A stretch of DNA of 64,000 nt, from the NCBI GenBank assembly GCA_945862325.1, contig CAMAXZ010000012.1:1-64000 (forward strand), written 5' to 3'. The DNA comes from Klebsiella pneumoniae (GTDB lineage Bacteria; Myxococcota_A; UBA796; SXON01). The notes below the pieces were generated by a model. The model was not told the origin of the DNA, made no database searches, and worked only from the letters and a program-made list of their open reading frames with translations. Made by a program: the position numbers and the translations under genes. Shown here piece after piece: positions 1 to 9,217 of the stretch (position 1 is the stretch's first letter; each line of letters starts with the position of its first letter).

Positions 1-179
1 TGCTCGGCGGCGCGCGCGCCGCCGAGCACGCCGCGGCGACGCGCCTCGCGCTCACGTGGCTCGCCATCGGCCTCGTCGCCGCGCTCACCGACACGGGCGG
101 CTTCGCCGGGCGGGACGCGGCGGCGGTGGCGAGCGGGGCCGCTTCGCTCAGCTTCCCAGCCTGGAACCTCGGACGCACG

Positions 180-689
180 ATGAAGCGCGCCGTCGCGGCC
201 GGAGGCCCGGCGTTCGCGATCGCGGCCGGCCTGGTGGTGGGTAGCCCGACCGCGCGCGCGTGGGACCCGGTGACCGTTCACTTCGCCGTCGTCCTGACGC
301 CGAACGACCCCGGCGTTCGGCCGACCGTGGTCGTGCGATGGCTCGACGAGCAGCGCACCCTCGCGCTCCGCGACGACGGGCTCGAGGCCGACGACGCGGC
401 GGGCGATGGCGAGTGGACGGCGATCGCCTCGGGGCCCGACGCGCGGGCGCTCGACGTGTCGCTGCGGATCGACGGCGAACGCGAGGTCTGGGCCGGCACC
501 GAAGTCCTCCGCGTCGCCGCGCCCCGGCTGATCTGGGCCGCGACGCCCGACGGCGAAGCCTGGCGCGTGGCGCAGGCCACCCCGTCTCGGGTCGTGGCCG
601 CGCGCGACGCGACCGCGACCACGGCGTTCGTCGCGTGGGCCGGGCTCCTGGTCCTCGCCGTCGGCGCGCTGACCCGCGAGCGCGCGTGA
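180..689 (+). CDS. Hypothetical exported/membrane protein. Signal peptide MKRAVAAGGPAFAIAAGLVVGSPTARA and a C-terminal hydrophobic segment. The frame stays open to the window start, so the true start may lie upstream.
   Basis: ORF 126..689 reads as clean non-Arg-rich protein. Internal ATG at 180 is followed by a signal-peptide-like segment. C-terminal TM AFVAWAGLLVLAVGAL. Confidence 0.45.
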   Translation: MKRAVAAGGPAFAIAAGLVVGSPTARAWDPVTVHFAVVLTPNDPGVRPTVVVRWLDEQRTLALRDDGLEADDAAGDGEWTAIASGPDARALDVSLRIDGEREVWAGTEVLRVAAPRLIWAATPDGEAWRVAQATPSRVVAARDATATTAFVAWAGLLVLAVGALTRERA

Positions 690-2308
690 GCCGGACGACC
701 ACGGCGACCCGCCTCGCCCTCCTCGCCCTCGCCGTGGCGTGGACGTGGCCGGCGGCGCCCGTCGCGCTCGGCCTGGTCGACCCGCGGGTCCCCGCCTCCG
801 GGTTCGACGCGCTCGGCACCGTCTGGACCCTCGGGCGCGCGCCGGAGCTCCTTCTCGGCCTGCACGACCCGAGCACCGCCTGGCCCGCCGGCGGTGACTA
901 CCACCGGCTCGACTCCTGGCTGCTCCTTCCGTTCGGCGCCGCCTGGCAGCTCGTCGGAGGCCGCGACGCGGCCACCGCGGCGCGCGCGTACAGCGCGTTG
1001 ATCCTGCTCGCCCCCTTGGTGAACGCCCTGAGCGCGGAGGCGGTCGCGAGACGGCTCGGCGCCGCCGCGCCCGCGTCGCTCCTGGCGGCCCTCGCGTGGG
1101 GGTTCAACGGCCACGTCGCGACGATGCTCGGGGAAGGACACGCCTACATCGCGCTCAATCCGTGGGCGCCGTGGCTGGTCGTCGCCGTGCCGCGCGCGCT
1201 CGCGCGGGGCACCGCGACCGCCGGCGCGGCGGTGGGGCTGCTCGCCGCGGGGTGCCTCGCGACGAGCGCCTACGCGCTCCTGCTGGGCGCGCTCGTCGGC
1301 GCGGCGATGTCGACGTCCGGGCCGGTCGACCCCCGCGGCCTCGCCCGTGCCGGAGCCGGTTTTCTCCTTGGTTTCGGGCCGGCCGCCGCCCTGTGGGCGG
1401 TCGCCTTCGCCGGCGCCGCCACCTTCGCGGAGCGCGTCGCCGAGCCCTACGACGTGCTCGTGCACACCGCGGCCGCGTCGTCCGCCACCCTCGAGGGCTT
1501 CGGTCCGCCCACCCCCGAGCTCGATCGCACCACCTTCGGACACGCCTACACCCTTCCCGCCACCGCGCTCGCCCTCGCGCTCGCGGCGCCGCGCGTCCTG
1601 CGCGCCGACCACCGTCCGCTCGCGCTGCTCGGGGTCGTGGCGTTCGTCCTGTCCCTCGGGCCCACCCTGTTCGTCGGAGACCTCGCGCTGCCGCTGCCGT
1701 GGCGCGTGGCGTTGGCGATCCCGGGCGCCGGCTTCATCCGCTTCCCCGCCCGGATCGGAGGGCTCGTGTCGCTGGCGGCCGGGCTGCTCGGCGCGCGCGT
1801 GCTCGCCTCCCTGGACGGTCGCCGGTGGGTCGTCACCGCCCTGTTGGGCTGCGCGCTCGTCGACACCTTCGGGTGGGTCGGCCTCCCCCGACGGCTGGGC
1901 ACCCAGAGCGCGGACACGCCGTCGGCGTATGGCCACGGCGGGTCCATCCTCGATCTCTGGCCGCTCGCGCCGCGACGGGACCCGCAGCTCGCGGCGTGGA
2001 CCCGCGGGTGGAGCTGCCTCGCGCAGCTCGATCACCACCGCCCGATCGCCGACCACTGCCAGGCGACCGACGACGACACGAACCCCCGCGTCGCGGTGAG
2101 CCTCCCCGTGCTCGACGCGGCCATGCGCGGCGACGCGCTGGCGGCGCGCGCGGCGCTCGTGGGCTGGAGCGCCGTCGCGGTCCACGTCGATCGGTTCGAC
2201 CCGGACGACGCGGCGCGCGTGCTCGACACCCTCGGCGTCCTGGCCGCCGAACGCCGGGAGAGTCACGACGGCGGCGAGCACCTCGTCGTGCTCGAGCTCG
2301 CCCCATGA
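686..2308 (+). CDS. Large polytopic integral membrane protein, paralog 1 of a three-member family in this window. Possibly GT-C-like; function unknown.
   Basis: C-terminal 540 aa of ORF 260..2308 is hydrophobic multi-TM sequence. The N-terminal Arg-rich part overlaps the preceding gene and is spurious. GTG at 686 overlaps the upstream TGA (GTGA). Shares motifs with the 18540..20651 and 28293..30041 proteins. Confidence 0.6.
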   Translation: MSRTTTATRLALLALAVAWTWPAAPVALGLVDPRVPASGFDALGTVWTLGRAPELLLGLHDPSTAWPAGGDYHRLDSWLLLPFGAAWQLVGGRDAATAARAYSALILLAPLVNALSAEAVARRLGAAAPASLLAALAWGFNGHVATMLGEGHAYIALNPWAPWLVVAVPRALARGTATAGAAVGLLAAGCLATSAYALLLGALVGAAMSTSGPVDPRGLARAGAGFLLGFGPAAALWAVAFAGAATFAERVAEPYDVLVHTAAASSATLEGFGPPTPELDRTTFGHAYTLPATALALALAAPRVLRADHRPLALLGVVAFVLSLGPTLFVGDLALPLPWRVALAIPGAGFIRFPARIGGLVSLAAGLLGARVLASLDGRRWVVTALLGCALVDTFGWVGLPRRLGTQSADTPSAYGHGGSILDLWPLAPRRDPQLAAWTRGWSCLAQLDHHRPIADHCQATDDDTNPRVAVSLPVLDAAMRGDALAARAALVGWSAVAVHVDRFDPDDAARVLDTLGVLAAERRESHDGGEHLVVLELAP

Positions 2309-2793
2309 TCCTCCTGGTCACGGCCGCCCTGGCGTTCGATGTGGTCGTGAACGTGCGCCACCCTGGCCGCCTGCTGGCCGCCGGCGCCGCCGCGCGCGTC
2401 GGCGCGGGGCCCCTCGTGCCCCTGCGGGACGACGGCGCCCATCCCGACCCGTACGCCAACGACGGTCGCTGGTCCGCCACCCTCGCCGTGCCCAGCGGCG
2501 GCGCGACGGTGACGGTGCTGGACGCCGCGGGCGTGCCCCTCGGCGACTTCGTCGTGGACGGGCAGGCGCGCAACGCCGCCTGGGTGCTCGCCCGCCCCGG
2601 CGTGCTGCGCGTCGACGATGGCGCGCCCGCGCCCCGGACGGCCTGGGGATCCGCTTGGATCGACCTCGATCGTCCGCCGGGAGGCGTCGCCCGCTGGCTC
2701 GCCGCCACCGCCGGGCTCCTGCTCGTCGCGGCGACGGTCTGGGCGCTCCCGAACCCGTTCATCCGCGGACGAGCAGGGCGTATGCGGCGTTGA
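2305..2793 (+). CDS. Small membrane/exported protein, 162 aa, translationally coupled to the upstream membrane protein.
   Basis: ATG at 2305 overlaps the stop of the upstream gene (ATGA). N-terminal hydrophobic segment MILLVTAALAFDVVV and C-terminal TM LLLVAATVWAL. Confidence 0.5.
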   Translation: MILLVTAALAFDVVVNVRHPGRLLAAGAAARVGAGPLVPLRDDGAHPDPYANDGRWSATLAVPSGGATVTVLDAAGVPLGDFVVDGQARNAAWVLARPGVLRVDDGAPAPRTAWGSAWIDLDRPPGGVARWLAATAGLLLVAATVWALPNPFIRGRAGRMRR

Positions 2794-3286
2794 TACTCGC
2801 CATTCTGGCGCGCGCCGCCTCCATCTGGGTTGGTTCGAGCCGCTCGACCTTGTCGGGGTGCCACGCGTGCGCGAGCTCGCGGTAGCGGGCCCGGATCGCC
2901 GACGCATCCGCCGCGAGCGGCAGGCCGAGCACCCGAAGCGCGCCGGCGCGCGTGACGAGGTCCGGCTGAAACGCGTGGGCGCGCGCCGCGCCCGGTGGGG
3001 TCCAGCTGTGATCGGGCATACGGGCGCGGATCCGCGGGGGATCCGGCGCGCGCGAGCGCCACGCCGCCGCGCGCGCGCCGCTCGCGACGCGCGCGCCACG
3101 CGGCGGCTCGGACGGCGACCACCCCGCCATCAGCGCCCCCACGCCGAGCCCGGCCGTGCCGGAGAGGATCAACGCCGCGGCGTACTGCGATCCCCACGCC
3201 GCGACCACGGCCCCCGCCACCGCGAACACGACGGCGCGCGACACCGCGCGCGCCACGTCCGGCGTCCACCCTTGCGACATGCACAC
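2759..3286 (-). CDS. J-domain (DnaJ-like) membrane protein.
   Basis: C-terminal J domain ALRVLGLPLAADASAIRARYRELAHAWHPDKV...MASINAAYALL with the HPD motif. N-terminal TM AVVFAVAGAVVAAW. Confidence 0.55.
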   Translation of the reverse strand: MCMSQGWTPDVARAVSRAVVFAVAGAVVAAWGSQYAAALILSGTAGLGVGALMAGWSPSEPPRGARVASGARAAAWRSRAPDPPRIRARMPDHSWTPPGAARAHAFQPDLVTRAGALRVLGLPLAADASAIRARYRELAHAWHPDKVERLEPTQMEAARARMASINAAYALLVRG

Positions 3287-3327
3287 CCCCTCCGGAGCGT
3301 GCGCACGCGCGCGGCGGGGACAACCAG

Positions 3328-4668
3328 TCAGCGCGGGACGGGCGGCGGCCCCCCGGGGATCGGCGGCGGCCCGCCCGCGCCCGGCAGCGGCGGGGGACCG
3401 GAGAGGAGCGGCGCCAGCTCGGGCACCTCACGCGGGTGCACCCAGCTCGGCATCCCATCCTTCCACACGAGGTGACGAGCCGCCGGCGCCGCCCGGACCC
3501 GCGCCGCGACGTCGGACGAGGCGATCACCACGGGGACGCCGTCGTCGCCGGCGTAGTGCCACTGCGACGCCCCACCGATCGGCGGGGGAGCCGGCGGCGC
3601 AGGAGGTACGAGCGCGGCGATGTCGGGGATCTCCATGGCGTTTCGCCAGGAGGGCCACCCGGTCGCCCACACGAGGTGCGCGCCGCCGCGCGCCCCGACC
3701 ACACGCGCCGCGATCTCGCGAGCGGTGAGCTCGGCCTGGCCGCTCGGCCCGTTGTAGTGCAGCCGCGCCTCGGTCGGCGGAGGCGGAGGCGCCGCGCTGC
3801 GGGCGAACGCCCCGCCAACGACCTGACCCATCGCCAGCCCCATCCCGGCGTCGAGCATGGGGTTGTTGCCGCCGCCCCCCGAGCTCGCCGCCGCTTCGAT
3901 CGCGTTGGCGGCCTGGAACTGCGTGTAGGTGTTCATGTTGCCGATCGCGCCCATCGCGCTGCGGCGGTCGATCGCCTTCTCGACCTCTTCCGGCACCGAG
4001 ATGCTCTCGATCGTGAAGTCGGTGATCGCCACGCCGAGCTGCGCCTGGAGCCCGGCGCTGACGCGGTCCTTCATGGCCTCGCCGATGTCGGCGTAGTGGG
4101 CCACGAGGTCGAGCACGGGGATCTTCGCCTCGCCGATGCTGTCGGCGAAGATGGACACCAGCTTCTTCTTGAGGACCCCGTTGATCTCTTCCGTGACCGT
4201 CAGCCCCGCGGTGCCGACGACCTCGCGGAGGAACGTCGCGGCGTCCGCGATGCGGTAGCCGAACACCCCGAAGGCGCGGATGCGGACCGCGCCGAAGTCG
4301 GCGTCGCGCGCCAGGATGGGGTTCGGCGTGCCCCACTTCTGACCCATGAACTGCCGGGTGTTCACGAAGTACACATCCCCCTTGTACGGGTAGTCGAGCC
4401 CGTACTGGATCGTCTGGAAGAAGCCCCAGATCGCCGGGGTCCGCGTGCTGAGCTCGTAGGTGCCTGGGCCGAAGCTCTCGGACAGGCGCCCCTCGGAGAC
4501 GAACAGCGCCGCCTGCCCCTCTCGGACGACCAGCTTGCCGCCGTCCTGGATCGCCTTGCCGAACACCGGGAAGCGGTAGACGATCGTGTCGCGCGTGTCG
4601 TCCGTCCACTCGATGACATCGAGAAACTGAGCTTTCGCGTGCTGGGTGAGCGTGTCCCAGATGCCCAT
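3328..4668 (-). CDS. SPFH/Band-7 domain protein with Pro-rich linkers and two C-terminal GYF-like (DUF4339-type) repeats.
   Basis: N-terminus MGIWDTLTQHAKAQFLDVIEWTDD...IVYRFP is typical of bacterial SPFH-family proteins. Two C-terminal repeats: LHYNGPSGQAELTAREIAARV...WATGWPSWRNAMEIPDIA and WHYAGDDGVPVVIASSDVAARV...WKDGMPSWVHPREVPEL. Confidence 0.75.
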   Translation of the reverse strand: MGIWDTLTQHAKAQFLDVIEWTDDTRDTIVYRFPVFGKAIQDGGKLVVREGQAALFVSEGRLSESFGPGTYELSTRTPAIWGFFQTIQYGLDYPYKGDVYFVNTRQFMGQKWGTPNPILARDADFGAVRIRAFGVFGYRIADAATFLREVVGTAGLTVTEEINGVLKKKLVSIFADSIGEAKIPVLDLVAHYADIGEAMKDRVSAGLQAQLGVAITDFTIESISVPEEVEKAIDRRSAMGAIGNMNTYTQFQAANAIEAAASSGGGGNNPMLDAGMGLAMGQVVGGAFARSAAPPPPPTEARLHYNGPSGQAELTAREIAARVVGARGGAHLVWATGWPSWRNAMEIPDIAALVPPAPPAPPPIGGASQWHYAGDDGVPVVIASSDVAARVRAAPAARHLVWKDGMPSWVHPREVPELAPLLSGPPPLPGAGGPPPIPGGPPPVPR

Positions 4669-4695
4669 CGGAACCTCCGTAGAACCGACCGCGTA

Positions 4696-6024
4696 TCAGG
4701 CCGGGACGATCGGCGGGACGCCCGCGTCCGCCAAGGCCTGTGCGTGCAGGCGAACGAACAGCGCGCCCCAGTCTCCGCGGGCCTTCAGCTGGCGCAGGAG
4801 CTGGTACACGCCGCCGAGCGCCCGATGAAGGAACACGAGCTCGCGGGGCGACCGCAGGTTGGGCGCGCCGACGAGGCGCGGCACGATCGCGGAGATTCGC
4901 TCCAGCACGTCGTCCTCGGGGCCCCCGAGCGTGAACATGCCGCCACGGAACGGCGTGCCGATCGCGCGGCAGAGATCCCAGAGCGCCTCTTCGTCGGGTC
5001 CGCCGCGCCGCGTGAGGGCGGTGATGCGCTCCGCCGACGCGAGGCACCCTTCGCGGTCCCCCGCGCGCGTCGCGAGCCCACAATTGCCGTACCACGCGAT
5101 GAATTCGACCGGGTAGCGGCGCACGCAACCGAAGTCCAGGATGCCGAGGCGGCCGTCGGGCGTGAACAGGTAGTTGCCCGGGTGCGGGTCGGCGTGGATG
5201 GCCCGATGAACGTACTTCATCGTCATGAAGCTGCGCGCGAGCGCGGCCCCGGCGCGCTGCTTCGCCGCGTCGTTGGCCGTCGCGGTGAACACGGTGATCG
5301 GGCGGCCCGGCAGACGCTCCATGGTGAGCACCCGCGACGTGCTCCAACCCGCGTGCACCGCCGGGATCGCGACGTCCGGATCATCCTTGAAGTACCCCCG
5401 GAACTCTTCCAGGTTCGCGGCCTCCGACCGGTAGTCGAGCTCCTCGGCGAGCCGTTCGCCGATCTCGGCGAAGATCGCGTCGACCTCTTCCTTCGGCCGC
5501 CGGATGAAGCGCCCTGCCGTCAGCATCGCGCGCAGCGCCGAGAGGTCGGACTTGACGCTGTCGTCGACGCCCTCGTGGAGCACCTTGACGACGACCTCCT
5601 GCCCGTCGGGGAGGCGCGCGGCGTGGGCCTGTCCGAGCGACGCGGTGCCCAACGGCGCCTCGTCGAACCGGGCGAACAAGCTGTCGATCGAGCCCTGGAG
5701 CTCCGACTCCACACGTCGTTTCACGACGTCGAACGGCACGGGCTCCGCGGAGTCGTGGAGCTTGCCGAGCACGGCGCGAGCCTCGTCCGGCAGGCCGACG
5801 CTGTCCGCCACCTGGGCGAGCTGCTGCCCCACCTTCATTGCCGCGCCCTTGAGCGAGCCGAGCTGCGCCACGATGCGCTCGGCGTTCTGAAGGTGCAGGC
5901 GATCCATCGACTCTTTACGCGCCTGTTCGCCCTGGAACAAGCCCGCGACCGTCTGCCCGAGGTACGACGAGCTGACTCGTGTGGTCAGCGAGCCGAGCCG
6001 CCCCAACCGCTCGAACTTCGACAT
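4696..6024 (-). CDS. ABC1/UbiB-family atypical protein kinase.
   Basis: Motifs GTASLGQAHAARLPDGQEVVVKV and HADPHPGNYLF...LGILDFG are characteristic of the ABC1/AarF/UbiB kinase-like family. Start taken at MSKFERLG. Confidence 0.75.
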   Translation of the reverse strand: MSKFERLGRLGSLTTRVSSSYLGQTVAGLFQGEQARKESMDRLHLQNAERIVAQLGSLKGAAMKVGQQLAQVADSVGLPDEARAVLGKLHDSAEPVPFDVVKRRVESELQGSIDSLFARFDEAPLGTASLGQAHAARLPDGQEVVVKVLHEGVDDSVKSDLSALRAMLTAGRFIRRPKEEVDAIFAEIGERLAEELDYRSEAANLEEFRGYFKDDPDVAIPAVHAGWSTSRVLTMERLPGRPITVFTATANDAAKQRAGAALARSFMTMKYVHRAIHADPHPGNYLFTPDGRLGILDFGCVRRYPVEFIAWYGNCGLATRAGDREGCLASAERITALTRRGGPDEEALWDLCRAIGTPFRGGMFTLGGPEDDVLERISAIVPRLVGAPNLRSPRELVFLHRALGGVYQLLRQLKARGDWGALFVRLHAQALADAGVPPIVPA

Positions 6025-6092
6025 GCGTCCACGTAACCCACCCCCCACTCCGATCGACGCACCGAGGGGTCACGTCGGATACATCGCGGCGC

Positions 6093-6452
6093 ATGTCAAC
6101 TGCACTCGTACGAGTCCATCCCCGCATCGCCGAAGCACGCTCGCGCTTTCACGCCGATGTCGTCGCCGAGGTCGCCCGCGCCGTCGAGACCGAGAAGGTC
6201 GTGGTCGTCGGCATGGCGCAAAACCCGCACGTCGCCCGCGCCCGCAAGTTCCTCGACGGCAAGGGCGTCAAGTACACCTTCCTCAGCTACGGCAGCTACT
6301 TGTCGAAGTGGAAGGAGCGCCTCGCGATCAAGATGTGGGCGGCGTGGCCCACCTTCCCCATGGTGTTCATCGGGGGCATGCTCGTGGGCGGCGCCTCGGA
6401 CCTCATGGCCCTCGACAAGGACGGCGAGCTCGACAAGCTCCTCAACGGCTGA
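6093..6452 (+). CDS. Glutaredoxin-fold protein lacking the CxxC/CGFS active site.
   Basis: C-terminal WPTFPMVFIGGMLVGGASDLMALDKDGELDKLL matches the Grx TVPxIFIGGxxIGGxDDLxxL motif. The position of the active-site Cys pair reads VVGMAQNP. Start at internal ATG MSTALVRV. Confidence 0.55.
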   Translation: MSTALVRVHPRIAEARSRFHADVVAEVARAVETEKVVVVGMAQNPHVARARKFLDGKGVKYTFLSYGSYLSKWKERLAIKMWAAWPTFPMVFIGGMLVGGASDLMALDKDGELDKLLNG

Positions 6453-6467
6453 GGCCGCCCGGGCGGA

Positions 6468-7361
6468 TCAGCGCACCACAAGGGTCCCCGCGTCCGCGGC
6501 GGAGTACCCGTCCGTGGTGCCCGTTCCGCCGCAGCCGTCGCCGCCGAAGTCGCACGGGGTCCACGAGCGTCCGTCGTCGGCGGACACGCGCACGCAGTAG
6601 TCGTAGGTGCCGGCCGTGGAGGGCGCGCTGAACGCGCCCGTGTACTCGTCGTTGGCGAGGTCGCCAGGGACGAGGCCGTCTTTGTCGACGTTGTAGGCCA
6701 TCGTGGACCAGGACCATCCGGCGCTCGCCGGGTCGGAGCCGTCGGGCCCCACGCCGACCTCCACGCGCAGCCCTGCCCCCTGCCCGGCGCCGACGGTGAC
6801 CCCGTCCTGGTAGACCCACCCGTACACGGCGTCGGTCGTGGCGCCGGCGGCCGCGGTCAACGCGCACGGCCACTGCACGTGGCAATAGTCCACCGGGACG
6901 GTTGGGCCGGTGTCCGGCGGGTCGGTGTCGGAGGACGTGTCCGTGTCCGACGATGTGTCCGTGTCCGACGACGTGTCCGTGTCGGTCGAGGTGTCCGTGT
7001 CCGTGTCGGTCGAGGTGTCCGGCGGGGCGGTGTCGTCCCCGAGATAGGTGTAGGTCGCCGCGGCGCGGAGGTCGCCGCGCGCCACGACGAGCTCCGCGGG
7101 GCCGGGCGGGCCCGGTGGAGTGACGCACACGAGCTCGGACGCGCCGACCAGGGTCACCGACGCGCACGACGCGCCGCCGACCGTCGCCATCGCCGTTGCG
7201 TCGAAGCCACCGCCGCGCACGGTGACGGCGGTGCCGCCGGCGGAGGGACCGGACGCGGGCGCAAGCGCCTCCACGCGCAGCTCCGAGGTAGAAGCAGTGT
7301 CTTTTGGGTCCCGCGACGGGTAGCTTCCGCCGCACGCGACGAGGTGGACGAACAGCAGCAT
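6468..7361 (-). CDS. Lipoprotein with an IPT/TIG-like N-domain, a (TD)n Thr/Asp/Ser-rich linker and a Cys-containing C-domain.
   Basis: Lipobox MLLFVHLVAC. TSTDTDTDTSTDTDTSSDTDTSSDTDTSSDTD low-complexity linker. Confidence 0.6.
   Translation of the reverse strand: MLLFVHLVACGGSYPSRDPKDTASTSELRVEALAPASGPSAGGTAVTVRGGGFDATAMATVGGASCASVTLVGASELVCVTPPGPPGPAELVVARGDLRAAATYTYLGDDTAPPDTSTDTDTDTSTDTDTSSDTDTSSDTDTSSDTDPPDTGPTVPVDYCHVQWPCALTAAAGATTDAVYGWVYQDGVTVGAGQGAGLRVEVGVGPDGSDPASAGWSWSTMAYNVDKDGLVPGDLANDEYTGAFSAPSTAGTYDYCVRVSADDGRSWTPCDFGGDGCGGTGTTDGYSAADAGTLVVR
6935..7020. repeat. Imperfect tandem nucleotide repeat (gtgtccgtgtccgacga-like units) encoding the (TD/SD)n linker.
   Basis: Visible periodicity of gtgtcc / gacga units in the sequence at about 6935-7020. 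Confidence 0.5.
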
Positions 7362-7408
7362 GTCGCCAGGATATCGCACGCGCGACACCTTTCGGGTACC
7401 GTTCCGCC

Positions 7409-9217
7409 ATGCTGACGTTGCTGCTGTTCGCGTGCGAGCCCGATCCCGAAGAGGCGCCGACCTGCACCGACGCGCCGTCCGCGGCCTGGTCGGGAGACAC
7501 CCGGTACGTCGAGCAGACGGATGCCTGGGGCCTCACCGGCTTCACCGCCGGGAAGTTCGCGGCGGCGGACCTCGACGGGGACGGCTACCCGGACCTCGTC
7601 GCGACGGAGATGTTCTCGAACACGCGGGACGATCTCGCGAACGACGTCGTGTACCACCGGCTGTTCATGAACCGCGAGGCGGATGGCCGGCGCGTGTTCG
7701 TGGACGAAGGCCAGGCGCGCGGGCTCTACACCAATCGAGACGGCACCTTCGGCACCAGCCACACGCTCTACGCGTTCGGCGACGTCGACGCCGACGGCGA
7801 CCTCGACGCCTTCGCCGGGCGCTACCACGACGCGGGCGCCGCCGACGCCACGGGCGACTGCTCGGAGATCTACCTGAACGACGGCTCCGGCAACTTCTCC
7901 CTCGCGCCACGGTCGTCGCTGTGCGACGAGGGCCCGATCGCGACGACCGCCGCCGCGTTCACCGATTTCGACGCCGATGGTCGGCTCGACCTCTGGGTCA
8001 CCAATTGGTATGTCGAGTACGGCGCGTCGGTCACCGCCGAGCAGGACCGCCTCTACCGGGGCAACGGGGACGGGACGTTCGTCGACGTCACCGAGACCAC
8101 CGGACTGAAGCTGAAGACCGGCGCCCAGACCAACTACCTCGACCGTGACGCCCGTCGGCCGGCCTATGGCGCGACCGCCTGCGACCTCACGAACGACACA
8201 TATCCGGACCTCATCGCCACCAACTACGGTCGCGCGTGGAACCAACTCTGGCACAACGACGCGGCTGGGGCGTTCACGGAGATCGGAGAGTCAAGCGGGT
8301 TTTCCGACGACTCACAGCTCGACTACTCCGACAACCTCATGTACGCGTGCTGGTGGGAGTCCAACGGGACGGGCGCCGACCCTACACCCACCGTCGATTG
8401 CGGCGGGGCGTTCCCGGATACGTACTGGAACCCGGGCTACGACGACCAACACGCGCGTCTGAACGGAAACTCGTTCACGACGGTGTGCGGTGACCTGGAC
8501 AACGACGGTTGGCTGGACCTGTACACGACGGAGATCGTCCACCGCTGGGCCGGCGGCTCCGCGGACGGCAGCGCCGTGTTGTGGAACAACGGCGACGCCA
8601 CGTTCGATCGCGCAGACAACGACACCAACGGCATGGCGCGGCCGCGTCCGCCGCGCGCCGACTGGAACGAAGGCGACCTGTACGCCGCGTTCGCCGACCT
8701 CGACAACGACGGATGGAAGGACGTCATTCTGGTCTCGTCGGACTACGAGGACACCCAGCTCTGGGCGTGGCGCCAGGTCGCGCCTCGACAGTTCGAGGAG
8801 GTCTCGTCGGCGATCGGCCTCGATCAGCCGTGGCCGGCCGGCATCGCGGTGGCGGACTTCGACCGCGATGGCGACGTGGACGTCGTGACCGGGTCGAGCA
8901 CGGCGCGCTCGGGCACGCCGTGGACGGAGCGGAGCGTGCACCTGTACGAAAATCAAGGACCTGCCGGCAACTGGCTCCAGGTGAGCGGGCTCCCCGCGGG
9001 CACGCGGGTGGAGATCGAGAGCGGGGGGATCACCCAGACGCAGGAGGTGTCGGGCAGCTACGGCCTGGCGGGCATCCTCAACGACACGGCGTTGCACTTC
9101 GGGCTCGGCGAGACCTGCCAGGTCGACGAGATTCGGGCGACCGCGCCCGGCGGCGCGATACGTTCCTGGACGTCGGTGTCGGGCAATCGCCCGTTCGACC
9201 CGGAGCACGAAGAATGA
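7409..9217 (+). CDS. FG-GAP/VCBS repeat lipoprotein with an ASPIC/UnbV-like C-terminus (CRTAC1-like family).
   Basis: Lipobox MLTLLLFAC. Repeated DxDGDGxxD Ca-binding FG-GAP-like loops (DLDGDGYPDLV, DVDADGDLDAF, DFDADGRLDLWV, DLDNDGWLDLY, DLDNDGWKDVIL, DFDRDGDVDVV). C-terminal segment resembles ASPIC/UnbV. Confidence 0.75.
   Translation: MLTLLLFACEPDPEEAPTCTDAPSAAWSGDTRYVEQTDAWGLTGFTAGKFAAADLDGDGYPDLVATEMFSNTRDDLANDVVYHRLFMNREADGRRVFVDEGQARGLYTNRDGTFGTSHTLYAFGDVDADGDLDAFAGRYHDAGAADATGDCSEIYLNDGSGNFSLAPRSSLCDEGPIATTAAAFTDFDADGRLDLWVTNWYVEYGASVTAEQDRLYRGNGDGTFVDVTETTGLKLKTGAQTNYLDRDARRPAYGATACDLTNDTYPDLIATNYGRAWNQLWHNDAAGAFTEIGESSGFSDDSQLDYSDNLMYACWWESNGTGADPTPTVDCGGAFPDTYWNPGYDDQHARLNGNSFTTVCGDLDNDGWLDLYTTEIVHRWAGGSADGSAVLWNNGDATFDRADNDTNGMARPRPPRADWNEGDLYAAFADLDNDGWKDVILVSSDYEDTQLWAWRQVAPRQFEEVSSAIGLDQPWPAGIAVADFDRDGDVDVVTGSSTARSGTPWTERSVHLYENQGPAGNWLQVSGLPAGTRVEIESGGITQTQEVSGSYGLAGILNDTALHFGLGETCQVDEIRATAPGGAIRSWTSVSGNRPFDPEHEE

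Noticed and set aside
278-2281. 667-aa minus-strand ORF and the N-terminal 140 aa of ORF 260..2308.
   Set aside because: Extremely Arg/Gly/Pro-rich with no motifs; a typical antisense or out-of-frame ORF of a 70% GC genome. The sense-strand membrane protein explains the region.
2995-6036. 1013-aa plus-strand ORF and 639-aa minus-strand ORF 3428..5347.
   Set aside because: Arg/His/Asp-rich low-complexity translation overlapping the well-supported SPFH and ABC1-kinase genes on the minus strand.
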